Both the position numbers and the translations under genes were made by a program. A stretch of DNA of 64,000 bases from Albugo candida (Eukaryota), in NCBI GenBank assembly GCA_040437565.1, contig JBDOQK010000085.1, forward strand, positions 1 through 64,000, written 5' to 3'. The notes under the pieces are model-generated. The model ran no database searches. It worked only from the letters and a program-made list of their open reading frames with translations, and was not told where the DNA came from. This document shows, piece after piece, positions 1-14,367 of this stretch (positions are counted from its first letter, which is position 1; each line of letters starts with the position of its first letter).

Positions 1-230
1 AACTCCTCACTTCTTCGTAACTGCGACTACAAGGCGCTAAAATGTGGTTTGTGCGGCCAACAATAAGCGATCGATGGTTTCGACTGATACAATATTACTA
101 CACAACCAAGAGGCATACAGACACCATGCATTAATTGATCACTTGAAGTACATCCGTCATACTTTACCGTCCGCGCGTTTGGATAATGATAATCCAAGAT
201 TGGCTATCAGGCTATTTTGTTTGGCTTCTG

Positions 231-393
231 TGTTGAAACGTACACTGTAGTTGTAGCACCGAGTGTGCAGTATACACGACATGCGAAATGACGACTATGA
301 GGTATGACACATAATTCGAGAGGTCGTGATTAGTGGCCCGTAGGAGGCTGTCAAACTTGATATTATACTTCCCCTTTTGTACGAAAGCTAACA
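231..393 (+). repeat. 5' LTR of Copia element
   Basis: Starts TGTTGAAACG and ends AACA. Aligns to 4594-4755 with about 23 substitutions and 1 indel by hand count. Confidence 0.95.
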
Positions 394-405
394 GGTTATG
401 AGCCT
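394..405 (+). promoter_or_regulatory. Primer-binding site of Copia element
   Basis: GGTTATGAGCCT immediately after the 5' LTR, matching the GGTTATGGGCCC-type Copia PBS. Confidence 0.8.
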
Positions 406-3400
406 AAAAACGTTTGGTGGCAACAGCGACAAGATGAAGAAGCCTGACGACTTGCTCTCGTACGGAAACTACTTCCATTGGGAATTCAACATGAAGATGA
501 CTCTAGCACGCAAGGGACTACTGAATCATATAATGGAAATGAAGTCAGAGGACGAGTCGGATGCGGATTGGAGAGTCAAAGACATGAAAGCGTTTGCGAT
601 TATCGCCCAAGGAGTCGAAGTGGAGCATCACGCAAAGATTCGTCATGCGAGAACAGCCAACGAAGTATGGGATCTACTTGAAGAATATTGAAACAAGCGC
701 AATATTCAGAACAGAATAGCTCCAACACGAAGACTGCATGAGATTCGAATGGAAGAGGGTAGCAATATGGTCGGCCATATAGATCGGTTTGACGAGCTCA
801 CAGTGAGCATGGAAGCAGTCTGAAACACGATGGATGAAGGAAGGAAGCTCACGATTTTCTCGGAAGCTTGCCCCCGAATACGAACTACTTGTCACAGTAC
901 TGTAGAATTCAGTTGGACTAACACTGATGGACGTAGAGAAAAGTTGCTGAAGGAACACGACAAGAAATAGCAACGAGAGACCTCGGAGGGTGGATTTCGT
1001 GTACGACACGGCAAAGTACAAGGACGGACAATGCGCCAACAACGAACTACAAATGAAGATTATAAGAAGCAAAGCAATTTGTGGAAGGTGCCATAGATGC
1101 GATAAATTGGGCCACAAGAAATATGAGTGCAAGATAAATCCTGCGACGGACGCGAATGAAACTGCATTTACAGGCCATGATGGTAGTAAACAAGGTTGGT
1201 TGCTGGACAGCGGAGCCTCGTCAAGATTTTTACGAATACCATGCGTTGGAGGATCCAATTGAAGTCCGTATCGCAGACGGAGCTAAGATGGAAGCAATTG
1301 GGAGAGGGAAAATTAGATTTCGTTACAAGAGTGGTACAATGGTGACGGTGAAGGGAGTATTACACATACCCATTCTGGATAGACGGTTACTATCAATTCC
1401 AAAGATAGCTCAACATGGACCAGACATGCGGTTCGGTGCAAATCAATGCGACATTTCTAGAAAAAATGACCTGGTGGTGTCAGCGAAGCTCGAGGTAACG
1501 TGTACACACTCAACTTGGAACATGATCGAGCCATGATACTTGATCACAATAATGCTGAAAGCAAGTGGGAGATGTGGCATGCCAGAATGGGCCTTCCAAG
1601 TCACACAATATGCGATAAAACACAGCAGTGGACGGAAGGTTTACCAAGAATTTGGGACAAAGATGGAAATTTGTGCAGTGGATGTCTTCAAGGAATGATG
1701 ACTGTGGCATGATTCCCCAAGGAATCAAAGACGAAGATTACGCAACCATTACAATTAGTTCACTCAGATGTCATGGGACCCATGAAGACCAAAACCCCTG
1801 GTGCACTCCGATTTATGCTGCCATTTATTGATAACTTCTGCACATTTGTGAACGTATACTTCTTAAAGACCAAAAATGAGGTGACAACAAATTTCATCGA
1901 GTACAAAGCAGAAATGGAACTACAGGTCGGAACGAAAATTAAAGCTATGCGCACGCACAATGGAGGAGAAATCAAGAACAAGAGGTTCGAGGAATTTTGC
2001 CACATTAATGGAATAATTCACCAGACAACAGTACCTCACGGCCCGCAGCAAAACGGACTTGCAGAGAAAATGACCAGGACGATCACGGAAATAGCGAGAA
2101 GTATGATGACCTACAAGGGTGTTGCACAGACTTGGTGGGTTGAAGCGATAAATACCGCGGTTCACCTGATCAATCGAACCACAAACGGCCAATTCATGAA
2201 TACGACTCCAATCGAGAAGTGTTTCAAGACAAAGCCGCAACTACATTACTTAGGGTAATTGGATCGCTCGGATACGCTCACGTTAACAAAACTAAGCGCA
2301 CGAAGTCTGACGCGAAGAGCTTCCTTTGCATGTTAGTGGGATATATGTCTCAAATACAAAAGGCTATAAATTTTACGATCTGGAGACACACACGGTTCAG
2401 ACCAAAAGAACGATCACACTTGACGAACGCGAAGTTGACAGTATATACGAGGATAAAGTGTCGAATGATACAGTGATTGATACCACAGCAATTCCTTACG
2501 AAGATGATGCGGACGATGATGGGCATTATGGAATGCATAATTGTGTAAACGTAGGTGTTAAAATAAAAGAAGAACACGAACACGATGACGTCAAGATGAA
2601 CAAACAGATGAGTGACATCGGACCTGAAGATGAAAGTGTAAGTCCCTGGCCGGGCTGTCACCAATCTTCTACAAAACAGTCACAACAGCTCATACACCAA
2701 CGTCGATGGATTCAAGATGGATTTTTCCAGCAAGAAGGAGTACTCAGTCAAACAACGGGTAGCCAGATGATCATTCAACAAGAGATAACTCGAAGACCCG
2801 ATATGGAACGGAACTGACGTCTCTTACCGAGAAAACCAGTGAGAGAGATGAATACGATACTGCACAAACTGAACACCAGCCCATAATGATGATTGATGCT
2901 GATAGTGCTGACAACCATATCGATGACAGCATCGTCGTGAAGAATAACAATGTTCCGTCAAGTGACAGAGATGATAAAGAACCTCCATCCAAGAGATTTA
3001 GATTGGAAAGCGACACGTCGTTGATGGTAGAAGTCGCAATGCTTACACAAAACATCCCACGATCGTACGAAGATGCAACCACCGGAGATGAAAAGACCAG
3101 CGGTCTAAAGCAATCAACAACGAATTCGTTGCATAAGCGCAACGTCACGTCGTCAATTGGGCAACGAAAACCAGTAATGAAGACCATTGGAACCTAGTGG
3201 GTCTGGGTCAAGAAGGAGACAGGCCCGACCCTACACTACAAAGCGAGATTGGTTGCGCTGAGCTTTTTGCAACATCACGTAGTCGATTTCTTCGAGACAT
3301 ATGTTGCTGTCGCAAGCATAAACTCGATTAAAATACTCCTATCAACGTGCTGTGCAATTGGATACATCATTAAACAAATTGATGTGGACACAGCGTATTT

Positions 3401-4590
3401 GAGTACCAAAGGGACTTAACATTGGCAAAGAATATGTTTTGAAGCTGAACCGTGCTTTATATGGACTAAAGCAGGCCTCACATTCGTGGAACTCAACCAT
3501 TCATAGTGCATTGATAAAACTGGAATTTGAAGCATGTGGTGCTGATCGATGCGTCTACAAGAAGAAGGGTCGTGATGGTTGGATTTACTTGTGTCTTTAC
3601 GTGGATTATATGATCGTAGCAGCTAAATCAAGCGATACCGTAAGCAAAGTGAAAATTCAAATTTCACGACGATTTCAGAGTAAAGACCTTGGGCCAGTAA
3701 AATACCTCCTGGGTATGGAGATAAATTACGACCAAGAGAAGCACGCCATGTCGATCACATAGAAGAAATATTTGGGAACGACCGCAGAAATATTCAAGCA
3801 GAATCATAATCGTACTGTAGAGAATCCATGTGATCCAGGTACTAGACTTTCAAAAAAATACAGTCCGACGACAAAAGAATAAAAAGAACTCATGAACCGC
3901 ACACCGTATAGCCAACTTATTGGGCGGTTGGTGTATGTTGCAACGTGCACACGGCCGGATGTGGCATTCGCTGTGAGTCAGCTTGGACGTTTTGCATCTA
4001 ACCCTGGATCGAACGAAGCATTCGAAATCAGCTATCAGAGTGTTGCGATACTTAAAATCGACGGTGACATTCGGAATACACTACACCTTCGATAGGGCTC
4101 CAAATCAATTGACTACATACTATGATGCAGATTGGAGAAACAACTTGGATGACCGCAGGTCTGGGAGTGGTGTATTAACACTACTGAATGGGGGGCAGTT
4201 GCATTCAAGTCAAAGTACCAACGTACAAAGGCTTTGAGTACCTCAGAAGAGGAGTACATGGCAATGAACATGTGTACATCGGACGTACTATGGAACATAG
4301 AAATGCTTTCCGACCTCCGGTATGAGCAGAAGAATCCAACAATTGTCTGGGAAGATAACTAGGAAGCTATCGCACTTGCCGCGCATCCAGGATATCATGC
4401 ACGAACGGAGCATGTGGATATCCGCTATCACTTTATCCGTGAGAAGATAACGACAGGGTTAATAAAAGTGATGTACAAGTAAACGAAGTACCAACTAGCA
4501 GACGTTCTGACGGAAGCACTGGGAACAAAATGAATACAATTCATTCTTGATGCAATGGGTATCATGTCAGCGAACAGCTACATTGAGTGG
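398..4590 (+). pseudogene. Copia gag-pol polyprotein, fragmented by many stops and frameshifts
   Basis: Consecutive ORF fragments (398, 990, 1156, 1500, 1773, 3439, 3892, 3983) each carry Copia domain motifs. Confidence 0.93.
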
Positions 4591-4593
4591 AAG

Positions 4594-4755
4594 TGTTGAA
4601 ACGTACACTAAAGCTGAAGCACCGAGTGCGCAGCACACACGACATGCGAAACGACGACTATGACGTCTGACACATAATTTGAGAGGTAGTGATTAGTGCC
4701 CGTAGGTGACTGTTAATCTTGATAATATAGTTTCCCTTTTGACCGAAAACTTACA
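4594..4755 (+). repeat. 3' LTR of Copia element, preceded by polypurine tract TTGAGTGGAAG (4583-4593)
   Basis: Direct repeat of 231-393. Confidence 0.95.
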
Positions 4756-5790
4756 GTTCTGGTATTCATTATCGAGCAATTCCCCTCCAATCTTCTCTCG
4801 GCTGGGAATTCTTAGACCGGGGCGAACAGCTGAGAAGCACTCATGCCAATTTGCACTTTTAAACACCGCAAACGATAGGCTAGAGCGATGGATTGCCTTT
4901 TCTAATAGTCCTTCCAGTTGGTTTGCTTTTCGGAAAGAAAGAATCTATAAATTTACCAGCTGTTCCTGTTGCTTCTCTTGGTAAGTTGCTGTTGACGCTG
5001 AGAGCTTTGACCCTGACCACTTGTTGACTCTGAACTAGTCCCAGCTCTGTTTGAATTTGCCATCACGCCGTAACTGTTACTTATACTGCTCCTTCTGTTC
5101 CACCCACCTTCCTGAGGAGCTTTGCTCGAAGGTGGGAGTCTACCAATTCCATCTCTGCCCCTGGCGGAACACTCTTTTGAGTGGTCCTTCAGCCGTTGCG
5201 CCGAGGCAACGACTGACTTGCTACAGACATTACATCGCGCTCTTTCTGATCTTTTGTTCCCATCAGGATCCTTATACTTGGGACCAAAGAGCAACGAGAT
5301 AGGATCTTGAGGGCGAGGCATTGGCCTTTGATAATTTGTACTCGGTAACGAGTTGCTGTCGCCGTGAGTCGTGCCACAAATCCTCTGCTGGTACGATTAC
5401 CACCTGTTGGCTCCTTTCCTATCATGTTAAATAAAGCAACAGAAGGAAAGATGAAAAACTATCACTCTCTCTCTAAATCAATGTGCTGCACAAGTGCCAA
5501 GTGATGAGTGATGAATGATGAATGATGAATGATGAATACAATAGCAGCACATACAGGAGTAGTGGAGGATTGCAGAATGATTCAGCGGCTGGGAAGAAGA
5601 TATTTCCACAGAAATGAACTGGACGCAAACCAAAGAATTTTGTATTGTGTTTTTGCAAGAAAGTCCACTGAAATTGTATGGCGGAAAAAGACAAAGAATC
5701 CTGTATAAAACGGGTATAAACAATGTTTGTCTTGTCCAAATGCGGAATATATTTTTGACAAATTGAAAGTGGTGATATCGCCCAGCTCTC
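4756..5790 (-). mobile_element. hAT-superfamily DNA transposon remnant (5' TIR, BED finger, start of transposase), truncated at the Copia 3' LTR
   Basis: ORF 4953-5321 has a BED-type finger (ARCNVC...RLKDHSKEC). A frameshifted continuation reads ...SFAVFKSANWHECFSAVRPGLRIPSREKIGGELLDNEYQ, typical of hAT transposases. The minus-strand end GAGAGCTGGGCGATATC (5790-5774) resembles hAT TIRs. Confidence 0.8.
5502..5537. repeat. (TGATGAA)n short tandem repeat, about 5 copies
   Basis: Seen directly; lies inside the hAT 5' region. Confidence 0.85.
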
Positions 5791-5899
5791 CGTCAATCTT
5801 AGCTTTTTCCTAGAAGAAAATGCAACACTTTACCTCTCCAAACAAGATGGCGAAACGAAGTTGATCGCTGGTCCACTTAATCGCGAATGCTAAAGGCTC

Positions 5900-8800
5900 C
5901 TCGATTTTTTCACCGTGGTACAATATGTCAGCACTCACTGTGTATGTCAATGGAATTAATAAAAACGGTCATCTTTTTATATACCATGTTCTATCACAAT
6001 CCATTTTTTAGTTCAAGAAACCAAATTTCACAATCACAACAGCCTAGAATTCTTTTAGTTACTATTACGTTCAAAATGCAGGGCAAAATGTTTACCAATG
6101 ACCACAACAGTGTTATTCTCCACCCAACTCGAATCGCAATGGTGGTGTGATGACTATCCTTCGTCCGTACTTTCCCGATTCGAACGAAGCATTCGAGATC
6201 GCTTTTTGGTCTTGCGTCCTCTCATTCACGATGCACCGGTCAAGGCCGAGGTATGAGTGACGTTCTTCGAGTTATTGCTCTCCAACACTTTTAAATTGGC
6301 CGCAACACATCTCGTATTTGGTGATTTAACACACCCCTCGATCCGTTGTCGATGCTTCGAGTGAGACACTTCAACACGAATCAAGGCCATCAGCGTGTTT
6401 GGAATGGCTTCCGCAGGTTGGTATGGTAGACGCTTGCCAAATCCAACATCCGACTGGAAAAAAATCGCAGATCCATTACCGTGCAAGAATCGACTAGATT
6501 ACATCTACATATCGAAAGAGCTATTTAATATATTGCATACAAAACCGCTGGATACTTTAGTTTTGTCCACGACATGCGGGACATCACCTGGCACAACCAA
6601 TAATTATACACCTCATATAGATTTTGCATTTAATGATTTTATTTTATCAAAATGAATATTTGAATTTTAGCATACTTGATAATTATTTTTTTATTTTTTC
6701 AGCAAAGCAAAAATACAATTGGAAATTATATTAAATTTGATTTTTGCTTATCCAACTCAATCTCCGGGATGAGGATATTGGAAGTGTTTATTACCACTTT
6801 TTTAAGCGAATTTGATTCTCGAACAGTTGCTGACAGCTTTGAATCCCGGAACAATGCAGGAAAGATATCGACGAAAATCGAGAAATAGATTCAAGGAACT
6901 AATAAAAAGATTGCACAAGATAGCTGGCGTGATGTTGAGCCTAGCCCGCATGTTTTGGAAGCCGAAACAGCTCAATACCATACCCAAGACACCAACCAGT
7001 CGCGTCATTATACCATTTCGAGTCTCGAATAATCATACTTTTAGTCGAAAATAATGCCAAATTCAACAAGATGAAATCTTAGCTAATTACGTGAAGCATA
7101 TAAAGAACGACTCCAAGCATTGTTTCGCCCTCCGGGTAGTTCCGGGTAGTTCCGGGTAGTTCTTGTCGTCGCGTGCCGATTGAAAATGTGACCAGATAAC
7201 GCGGCACCGTTACATCGAACCCGAGGGAAATTAGTGACATAAGAAGAGATCATTGGGGTCGTGTCATGAGCTCTCCCTATAGCTCCGAGCCGACTAAGCT
7301 GATTCATGTGAAAGAAATCAAAAAAAGCTAGTGGATTCCATTGGGGTTTCACTTGCTGCTGAAAAGAAAAACCGTCTCTCAACCAGATTGAATACGACCG
7401 AATGATGGAAGCGATCGAGCACATGCGAATTAGTTCCTCTCCAGTTCTATATGAAGGACCAGCTTCTTTATATCAGCTTGACCCGGAAACGTTTGGCAAG
7501 TGTGAAGATCGTGTTCAAATATCAGTTGGAAAGAGGTATCTTGATTCGATCACAACGTCACTCGGCAATCACCTTGTTATACAAAAAAGGATCACGAGGT
7601 CATCCTGGCAAGATCAACCGATCGCACTTCTTTCACGTCGATATTAAAACACTTTTAAGAATATTGGCGCATCGATTGCAAAGGGTTTTGTCGAAGTTGA
7701 TACATCAAGACCAAAAAAAGCATTTATGCGAGGAAGGTCGATGCATCACTATATTCGACATCTCACCGTCATACAAGACTTGGTCACTCATTGCAGAGAG
7801 GATGCGTATGAGACTTTTTCTCGACTTTCAGCAAGCTTTTGCGTTTTGGTAAAAATGGGCGCTGAAAAACGTTTTGTCGACTGGATTCGTCTTCTGTACA
7901 CCAGCACGAAGGCGAAGTTGATGATTAGTGGAAATACTACACCGTCTATTACACCACATGTCGTGGATTTCGTGGATTTCGTGGAAAATAAGAAGTGATG
8001 TATTATTTGGAAAGCTCTTTAGTTCGCTATCCTATCTCTAAGCCTTTCCCTTCGCACGATTGCTCACACAGGCCAGTCATATGACGTTGTGGGAACACGT
8101 GTACTTACGCAATGTATAGAATATGCAATTTGGATGATGACGTATACGACTATCCGTTAGGAACATGTTAAGAACACGCTCATTATGACACCTTAACGTA
8201 GAGTTAAACAAGGCGGTTCTCCCTCAAGCATGAATGTTTCTTATGACGATCAAACCTCTGGAAAATTTACTTNNNNNNNNNNNNNNNNNNNNNNNNNNNN
8301 NNNNNNNNNNNNNNNNNNNNNNNNNNNNNNNNNNNNNNNNNNNNNNNNNNNNNNNNNNNNNNNNNNNNNNNNTCGTGGATTTCGTGGAAAATAAGAAGTG
8401 ATGTATTATTTGGAAAGCTCTTTAGTTCGCTATCCTATCTCTAAGCCTTTCCCTTCGCACGATTGCTCACACAGGCCAGTCATATGACGTTGTGGGAACA
8501 CGTGTACTTACGCAATGTATAGAATATGCAATTTGGATGATGACGTATACGACTATCCGTTAGGAACATGTTAAGAACACGCTCATTATGACACCTTAAC
8601 GTAGATTTCAACAAGGCGGTTCTCCCTCAAGCATGAATGTTTCTTATGACGATCAAACCTCTGGAAAATTTACTTCGTCAACATGAAGGATGTGGCATTT
8701 GGATTGATGGCAAGCCTGTCGCCACTGAATTATTTCCTGTGGACGATTCTACATTGCTTTTAGAAACACCAAATGGGGTTTTGGCGCAGCTCGAACTCTT

Positions 8801-10370
8801 ATAAGCCTATTGCGATGGATTTGGTGCGAACCTCAACTTGAGCAAATCATTGGACCATTCCGTGTCCTCGTGTTCCCAATTTGCGACCATAATGGTTCCG
8901 GAGGATTCGGTCAAGCTTTCGACAGTGGCAATCTATGCTAATTCGATTTGTGCTTTGAAACAAAAAGAAATCAAGCACGTTCACCTGATCATCAAAGAGT
9001 ATTTGTATTTTGCTCGACAAGATGGTGGACTGCAAGTTTCTTTCTTAGTGGGACGACTAAAGCTAGAACCTTTCTTTGAAACACACAAGCCGAGATGTAT
9101 TCATCATTACACCACATCCACATGGAGAAATGACTCAATAAGAGAGCACATCTTCTTGATGGAAACACGCATTTTAAGTGTGGTATCAAATGGATTGTAA
9201 TTTCAGATTTGCACGTTCTCCAACGCCGTCAGCAATACATGGAAGAACCGATGTGGTTCCAATGCGACCGAAAATTACACTATGAATCTTCTATTCGTAT
9301 TCCGAGTACGCAAACTTTTGTTATAGTCTTGGCATGGTGGACAAACTCCATCGCATATTTCGGAAGTCTTTTGCTACACTTTCTAGATCCAAAGTCTTCA
9401 AAAACTTTTTCGAGAAATCGACACATCTCCAACGAAAAGATCTTTCGTCGATATATATTACAACAACGAAGCTAAAAACATCATANNNNNNNNNNNNNNN
9501 NNNNNNNNNNNNNNNNNNNNNNNNNNNNNNNNNNNNNNNNNNNNNNNNNNNNNNNNNNNNNNNNNNNNNNNNNNNNNNNNNNNNNTTACCTGTACCGATC
9601 GTAATCGTCTTTTTTTCGACCAGCGCTCAGCAACTCTGACAACTTCAGCACTTTCCGTGGTCTACACCACATTTAGTGCGCACATTCGGTACTGTTGAAG
9701 AGTGCTACGATCAAGATGAACGTATTCGGCTTGCAAAAAATTGTTGGATAAACTCGCAAAGAAAGGTTCATTTGGTGCTTTATTCCGAAGTCGGCAAAGA
9801 TTGCTGCGGGTCGACACTGGCAAGTAGAAATGCAAGTGCAACAAAGAACCTAGTCCTCGTTGGATGGCTACGTTGAATCTAGTGTGGCTGACATCAATTC
9901 GCAAATCACGTGTTAGAGCAGGAATCTTAGTTTTCCGGAGGGTATATTTCAATTCTGGACAATTCAATACTTTCAACAAGCACGAGCGCATAGCGCATTA
10001 CTTCTCTCCAGCCTTCCTCCAATTTATAGCGTTGATTTTGCAAGGATTACGCGTGAACATTGATAATAGAGTACACTGAACCTACGAATCACTCCTGCGC
10101 GCATTCCGAACACATNNNNNNNNNNNNNNNNNNNNNNNNNNNNNNNNNNNNNNNNNNNNNNNNNNNNNNNNNNNNNNNNNNNNNNNNNNNNNNNNNNNNN
10201 NNNNNNNNNNNNNNNCAATTCAATACTTTCAACAAGCACGAGCGCATAGCGCATTACTTCTCTCCAGCCTTCCTCCAATTTATAGCGTTGATTTTGCAAG
10301 GATTACGCGTGAACATTGATAATAGAGTACACTGAACCTACGAATCACTCCTGCGCGCATTCCGAACACA
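5900..10370 (+). mobile_element. Decayed non-LTR retrotransposon (L1/Tx1-like) ORF2
   Basis: APE endonuclease remnants (NGGVMTI, HLVFGDL, NRLDYIYIS) followed by RT remnants (ITLLYKKG...RILAHRLQRVLSKLIHQDQ; FLDFQQAF; FVDWIRLLY; VDDSTLL; GANLNLSKS). Boundaries are approximate. Confidence 0.85.
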
Positions 10371-13300
10371 TATGTGTCACGCAGGATGGGTCACTGATAT
10401 ACTCGGTACATGGCAAATTAATCAGTAAACATGCCACCAAACCCGAGCAGAATTCGTGGCCCTTTTATAGGTGACTTTTGTGGGCTTACAGAATGGAGTC
10501 ATCGATCGAGTTTGATTCAAGCCAATTAGCCTATGGTAGCATTTTGAATACTGATAATGTCCATCAGCGTAGCAGGCTCTCTCCATTATCGATCTCTGTA
10601 TTCATCTCAGAAGGGAGGCTTTCAGACGCTCTTTGGATTGGGAGCTGGTATATTACCGATGAAGCAAGACGAAAATGCATTTAGTAGCAAAGAAAGTCAA
10701 GCAAGTCTGCTTGCGCAATCATAACATCGTTTGCGGAGCTGAATATTTTCACAGAGGATCGTCAGATGTTAGTTACTCAGAATTCAACTATGCCTCGCCA
10801 GGATCGTTATCGTACCACACGGACGTCGTGTTTCTTTTGCTATACGTTGAGGCGTATGCGAGTACAATTAAACAAAAACGCTACCTGTTTGACAGTACCC
10901 ATGGTATCGGAATACAAAGACAAGTAGAATTTTGTATCGAAACTTTGTACGCCTTCTGGAAAATGGGGAGACGGCCTCTTTAAAATAAATTCTGAATTGT
11001 TCCAGTCAGCGAGAATTGACACTATCGATTCAGAAACAAGGCCCACGGGGTCAACGTATCTTGAGCATGGTGCTCGTACGATTTGACTTCTTTGGCAGGA
11101 AGTGTTCACGTGAAAGCAAACAGCTGCAAGCAGTTTGTCCATGTCAGCGAATATGCAAACAAACACACAAGAAAACTCACAAATGGCCAGATTTCACGAA
11201 GTGGGCAGAGGTGAATTTAGATCAATCCGACAAATCTAATAATCAGCACATGAGAAGAATGCATTACATCTTTGAAAGAGGTGGTCATGGATGTCTTTTT
11301 TTGCGGTGCGTCCGGAAAAACTTTGCACCTAGAAATATAGAGCCAAGGAGGCAAGTAGTGCATGGTCGTTTTGCCCATCCGGATATGGATTGATTCACAT
11401 GGTCTCTCAACCATATAGACTCTGAAATGGAGTAGGCTAGCATACTCAGGTGAATGAGACACCACAGCGTCAGACAAACATTTAGTTTCGTCCCACATTA
11501 AATAAACTAGCGATTGTCCTACACGACCGCATTGATGTGCAGCGAATTATATTACATAGACAGTGATCCCAATGAGCTTTGATGAATCTGCCAACAGCCT
11601 CCGTTTCTCTCAACTCTTGAACCCGTATGGAATTACCATACCACGTCTCCTAGTGACATGGCCAATTCTTCAATAAGGTATCTAAAGAGCCTATATGGAG
11701 CTGACTCGTGTGAAAAGTAACTGGCTCCAGTGCATCGACTTGGGAAGAAAGCAGTGGTTATATGTTACATACAGCCTCTTCATTCCGCATTAAGTATTGT
11801 GCCTATCGCGTCCTGAACAATTCTATCATATCTTGAAACCTCATGACCTACAAACGACGAAGTGTCTTATCTCAGTAATTGCTAGTATGCGAGCACACCT
11901 CTCAATGAAGTTGTACATCTCCTATCGCCAACGAAAACGCCTGTCCCTGATGTACTCCTTCTCGCTGTGTCTGCGGAAGTTTTTGCTGTCATCATGGTGA
12001 ACATTCTACTTCCGAAACCCAAGAAATTGTCAATCAAGACTATGGGACAGAACATATTACTAAATAATTCAAGAAATAAGTCAGGAGAAAATCATTCTTG
12101 TATATTCAGTGCTAATTTCCAACCAGGAACAAGAAGCCACCAGTTCACAAATCCACCGACGCGGGAACTGAACTAGACCTGACAAACATGTGGAGCAACA
12201 ACGACAGTTTCTCAGTACAGTAACAAAGGAAAAAACAATGAGGAATCAGATATTTGCACTAAAACTTGAAAACCGGGAAACCGAGGATGCCTGCAACGCA
12301 AAAGTTCGGGCAGAGTGAACTTAACATCGTTTATTTTTGTGGCAGATTATAAAACGTTTTATTTTGAAGTGGAGAGGTGAATGCACGGGTGTATTTGCTC
12401 AAGTAACTCGAGCTTCTCTCTAACTCTACCAGCAGATACGCTCACATGAATAATCATTAGCTGAGCAAATATCTGAAACAGTGAAGACTCTTGCTGCAAC
12501 ACTGTATGATATTTGACGCTAGCCCATAACGAATTTTCAAGTTGAGGTTGCTCAGATAACGTGACGCGGCGTTCGCTCGCTCTTCTACATGCTATTATGT
12601 GTCCATCGACAACCAAAGGACCGCTCATGGTGTTCGCGTTATCAAGCGACAAGACGCATGAGAATATTAAGAGAGTGGCTTGCGAATGATAATGCAATAC
12701 GGAGCTAAGTAAAAAAATCGACGTAGTTGCTTTCTGAACGAATGCATTTCTGTCAACTTTGCCTGTACGATTAACCAATTTTAATCATACACAGTCCGAA
12801 CAACGTGTTCATTTCGTACTAGTGGGACTTTTTATTTGATTCAAGCTTTCGATCAAGTGAGCTCTCTTTGTCGCTTAATTTTTATACACTATGCCACTCT
12901 TTACCGTCGGATTGTTTCCCGCTCTGGGAACTTATAAGGTATATCCAGTGTATTACTAATTATTAAAAAGGACAGGTTCCATGAACATCTAACAAGCGGC
13001 AGCCCAATCANNNNNNNNNNNNNNNNNNNNNNNNNNNNNNNNNNNNNNNNNNNNNNNNNNNNNNNNNNNNNNNNNNNNNNNNNNNNNNNNNNNNNNNNNN
13101 NNNNNNNNNNCGTCGGATTGTTTCCCGCTTTGGGAACTTATAAGGTATATCCAGTGTATTAAGCAATCTTACTAATTATTAAAAAGGACAGGTTCCATGA
13201 AGATCTAACAAGCGGCAGCCCAATCAAATCATCTTATCACTTTGGATCTTTTATTATAACACGCATGGTATTATCTATAACAGGTATCGCTGCTTTACGC

Positions 13301-13599
13301 GGTTGCAATATATTCGAACATACAATGACAAGATGTTGTAACTTTTTCAGCCTGGTGCAACGAAAAAATGTGGACTATATTTTCAGTTGGATAGTAAATT
13401 GTGAAACCGTACGCACAACTGTACACATTTAGCGCTCTGTAGCCAACGATCACATGATTTCACCACAACTGTAAGCGTAAACAATATTGAGTGGAAGACA
13501 GTCACATTCTTCCACAAGTATTACTTCATTCAACAACGTGCAATCAACATCAGAAGCTCTCTATTCGGACTATGGCGAGACCAGTCTTTTCGCTGTCGA

Positions 13600-14367
13600 T
13601 TTTGCTGTTGCTTTCCGCAGTGATCACAGAAAGTGGAAATTTTGGGTCGCAAATGTTGTAATTCCAATGCTAGAAATCGGGAGAGAAGCTAACTTTGTTT
13701 CTGAGCTAGGATCAAATCGATTATTTCGGGTGACCAACAAGGTCAGGGTCCTACAGAAATCGAGGATTTATCTTGGACCGAATCGTCACCACAAAGAAAA
13801 CATGAACAAAAGCCAAAGGAACAAAAAAAGAAGAAAAATCGACGAAAAAAGAAAACTTTGAATGAAGAAGACCCGTCACAAACTGGAGAGCCTACTGCGG
13901 CAGAGGTGTTGCGAAAAAGAGATGATGACTCGAGGATGGATGCAGAAAAAGATGTGGAAGATCCAAACACAATGACATTACGAGAAAAAGAAATGTTTCA
14001 GCTGACGCCATTAAAATCCGAAGGTAACGATGAAGCTATTCAGACACCGGCAGTGTATTCGCAAGAAGGGAAAAAGTTTTTCCGGAAGCAAAATCGGGAA
14101 TGGAGGAGAAAAGTTCCACAAACTGAAGAGGCTGTTGGTACAAAAGAAGTGTTACAACAAGGCTCGAAAACGAATGCAGGAAGAAAAGTGGGAGGAGCAA
14201 AGCCAAGATGGGGAGACGAAGAGGAAGGGAAAGAAATCCAACCAACTCCAGTACGAGTTGGAAAAGGATTGATGGATGTTGATCCACCTCGATCTCAACG
14301 CACCATTGCGTCACCGCATCTTTTGACTATCAGTTCCCCCAATTCGGACCGATTTTCTGAGAAGTAA
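13600..14367 (+). pseudogene. Possible retroelement ORF1/gag remnant
   Basis: Degenerate zinc-knuckle-like remnant near 13665-13710 followed by a charged low-complexity ORF. Weak evidence. Confidence 0.3.

Larger units (their letters stand above)
231..4755 (+). mobile_element. Ty1/Copia LTR retrotransposon, full-length but decayed
   Basis: Two ~163-bp TG...CA LTRs, PBS and PPT. Internal domain order is gag (WEFNMKMTLARKGL), zinc knuckle (CHRCDKLGHKKYEC), protease (WLLDSGAS), integrase (WHARMG; QQNGLAEK), RT (ALYGLKQAS; LYVDYM), RNase H (DADW). Flanks CTTCTG/GTTCTG resemble a degraded TSD. Confidence 0.96.

Noticed and set aside
10400-12800. Possible further retroelement (integrase-like) remnant
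   Set aside because: Only vague resemblance; no diagnostic motif I can support.
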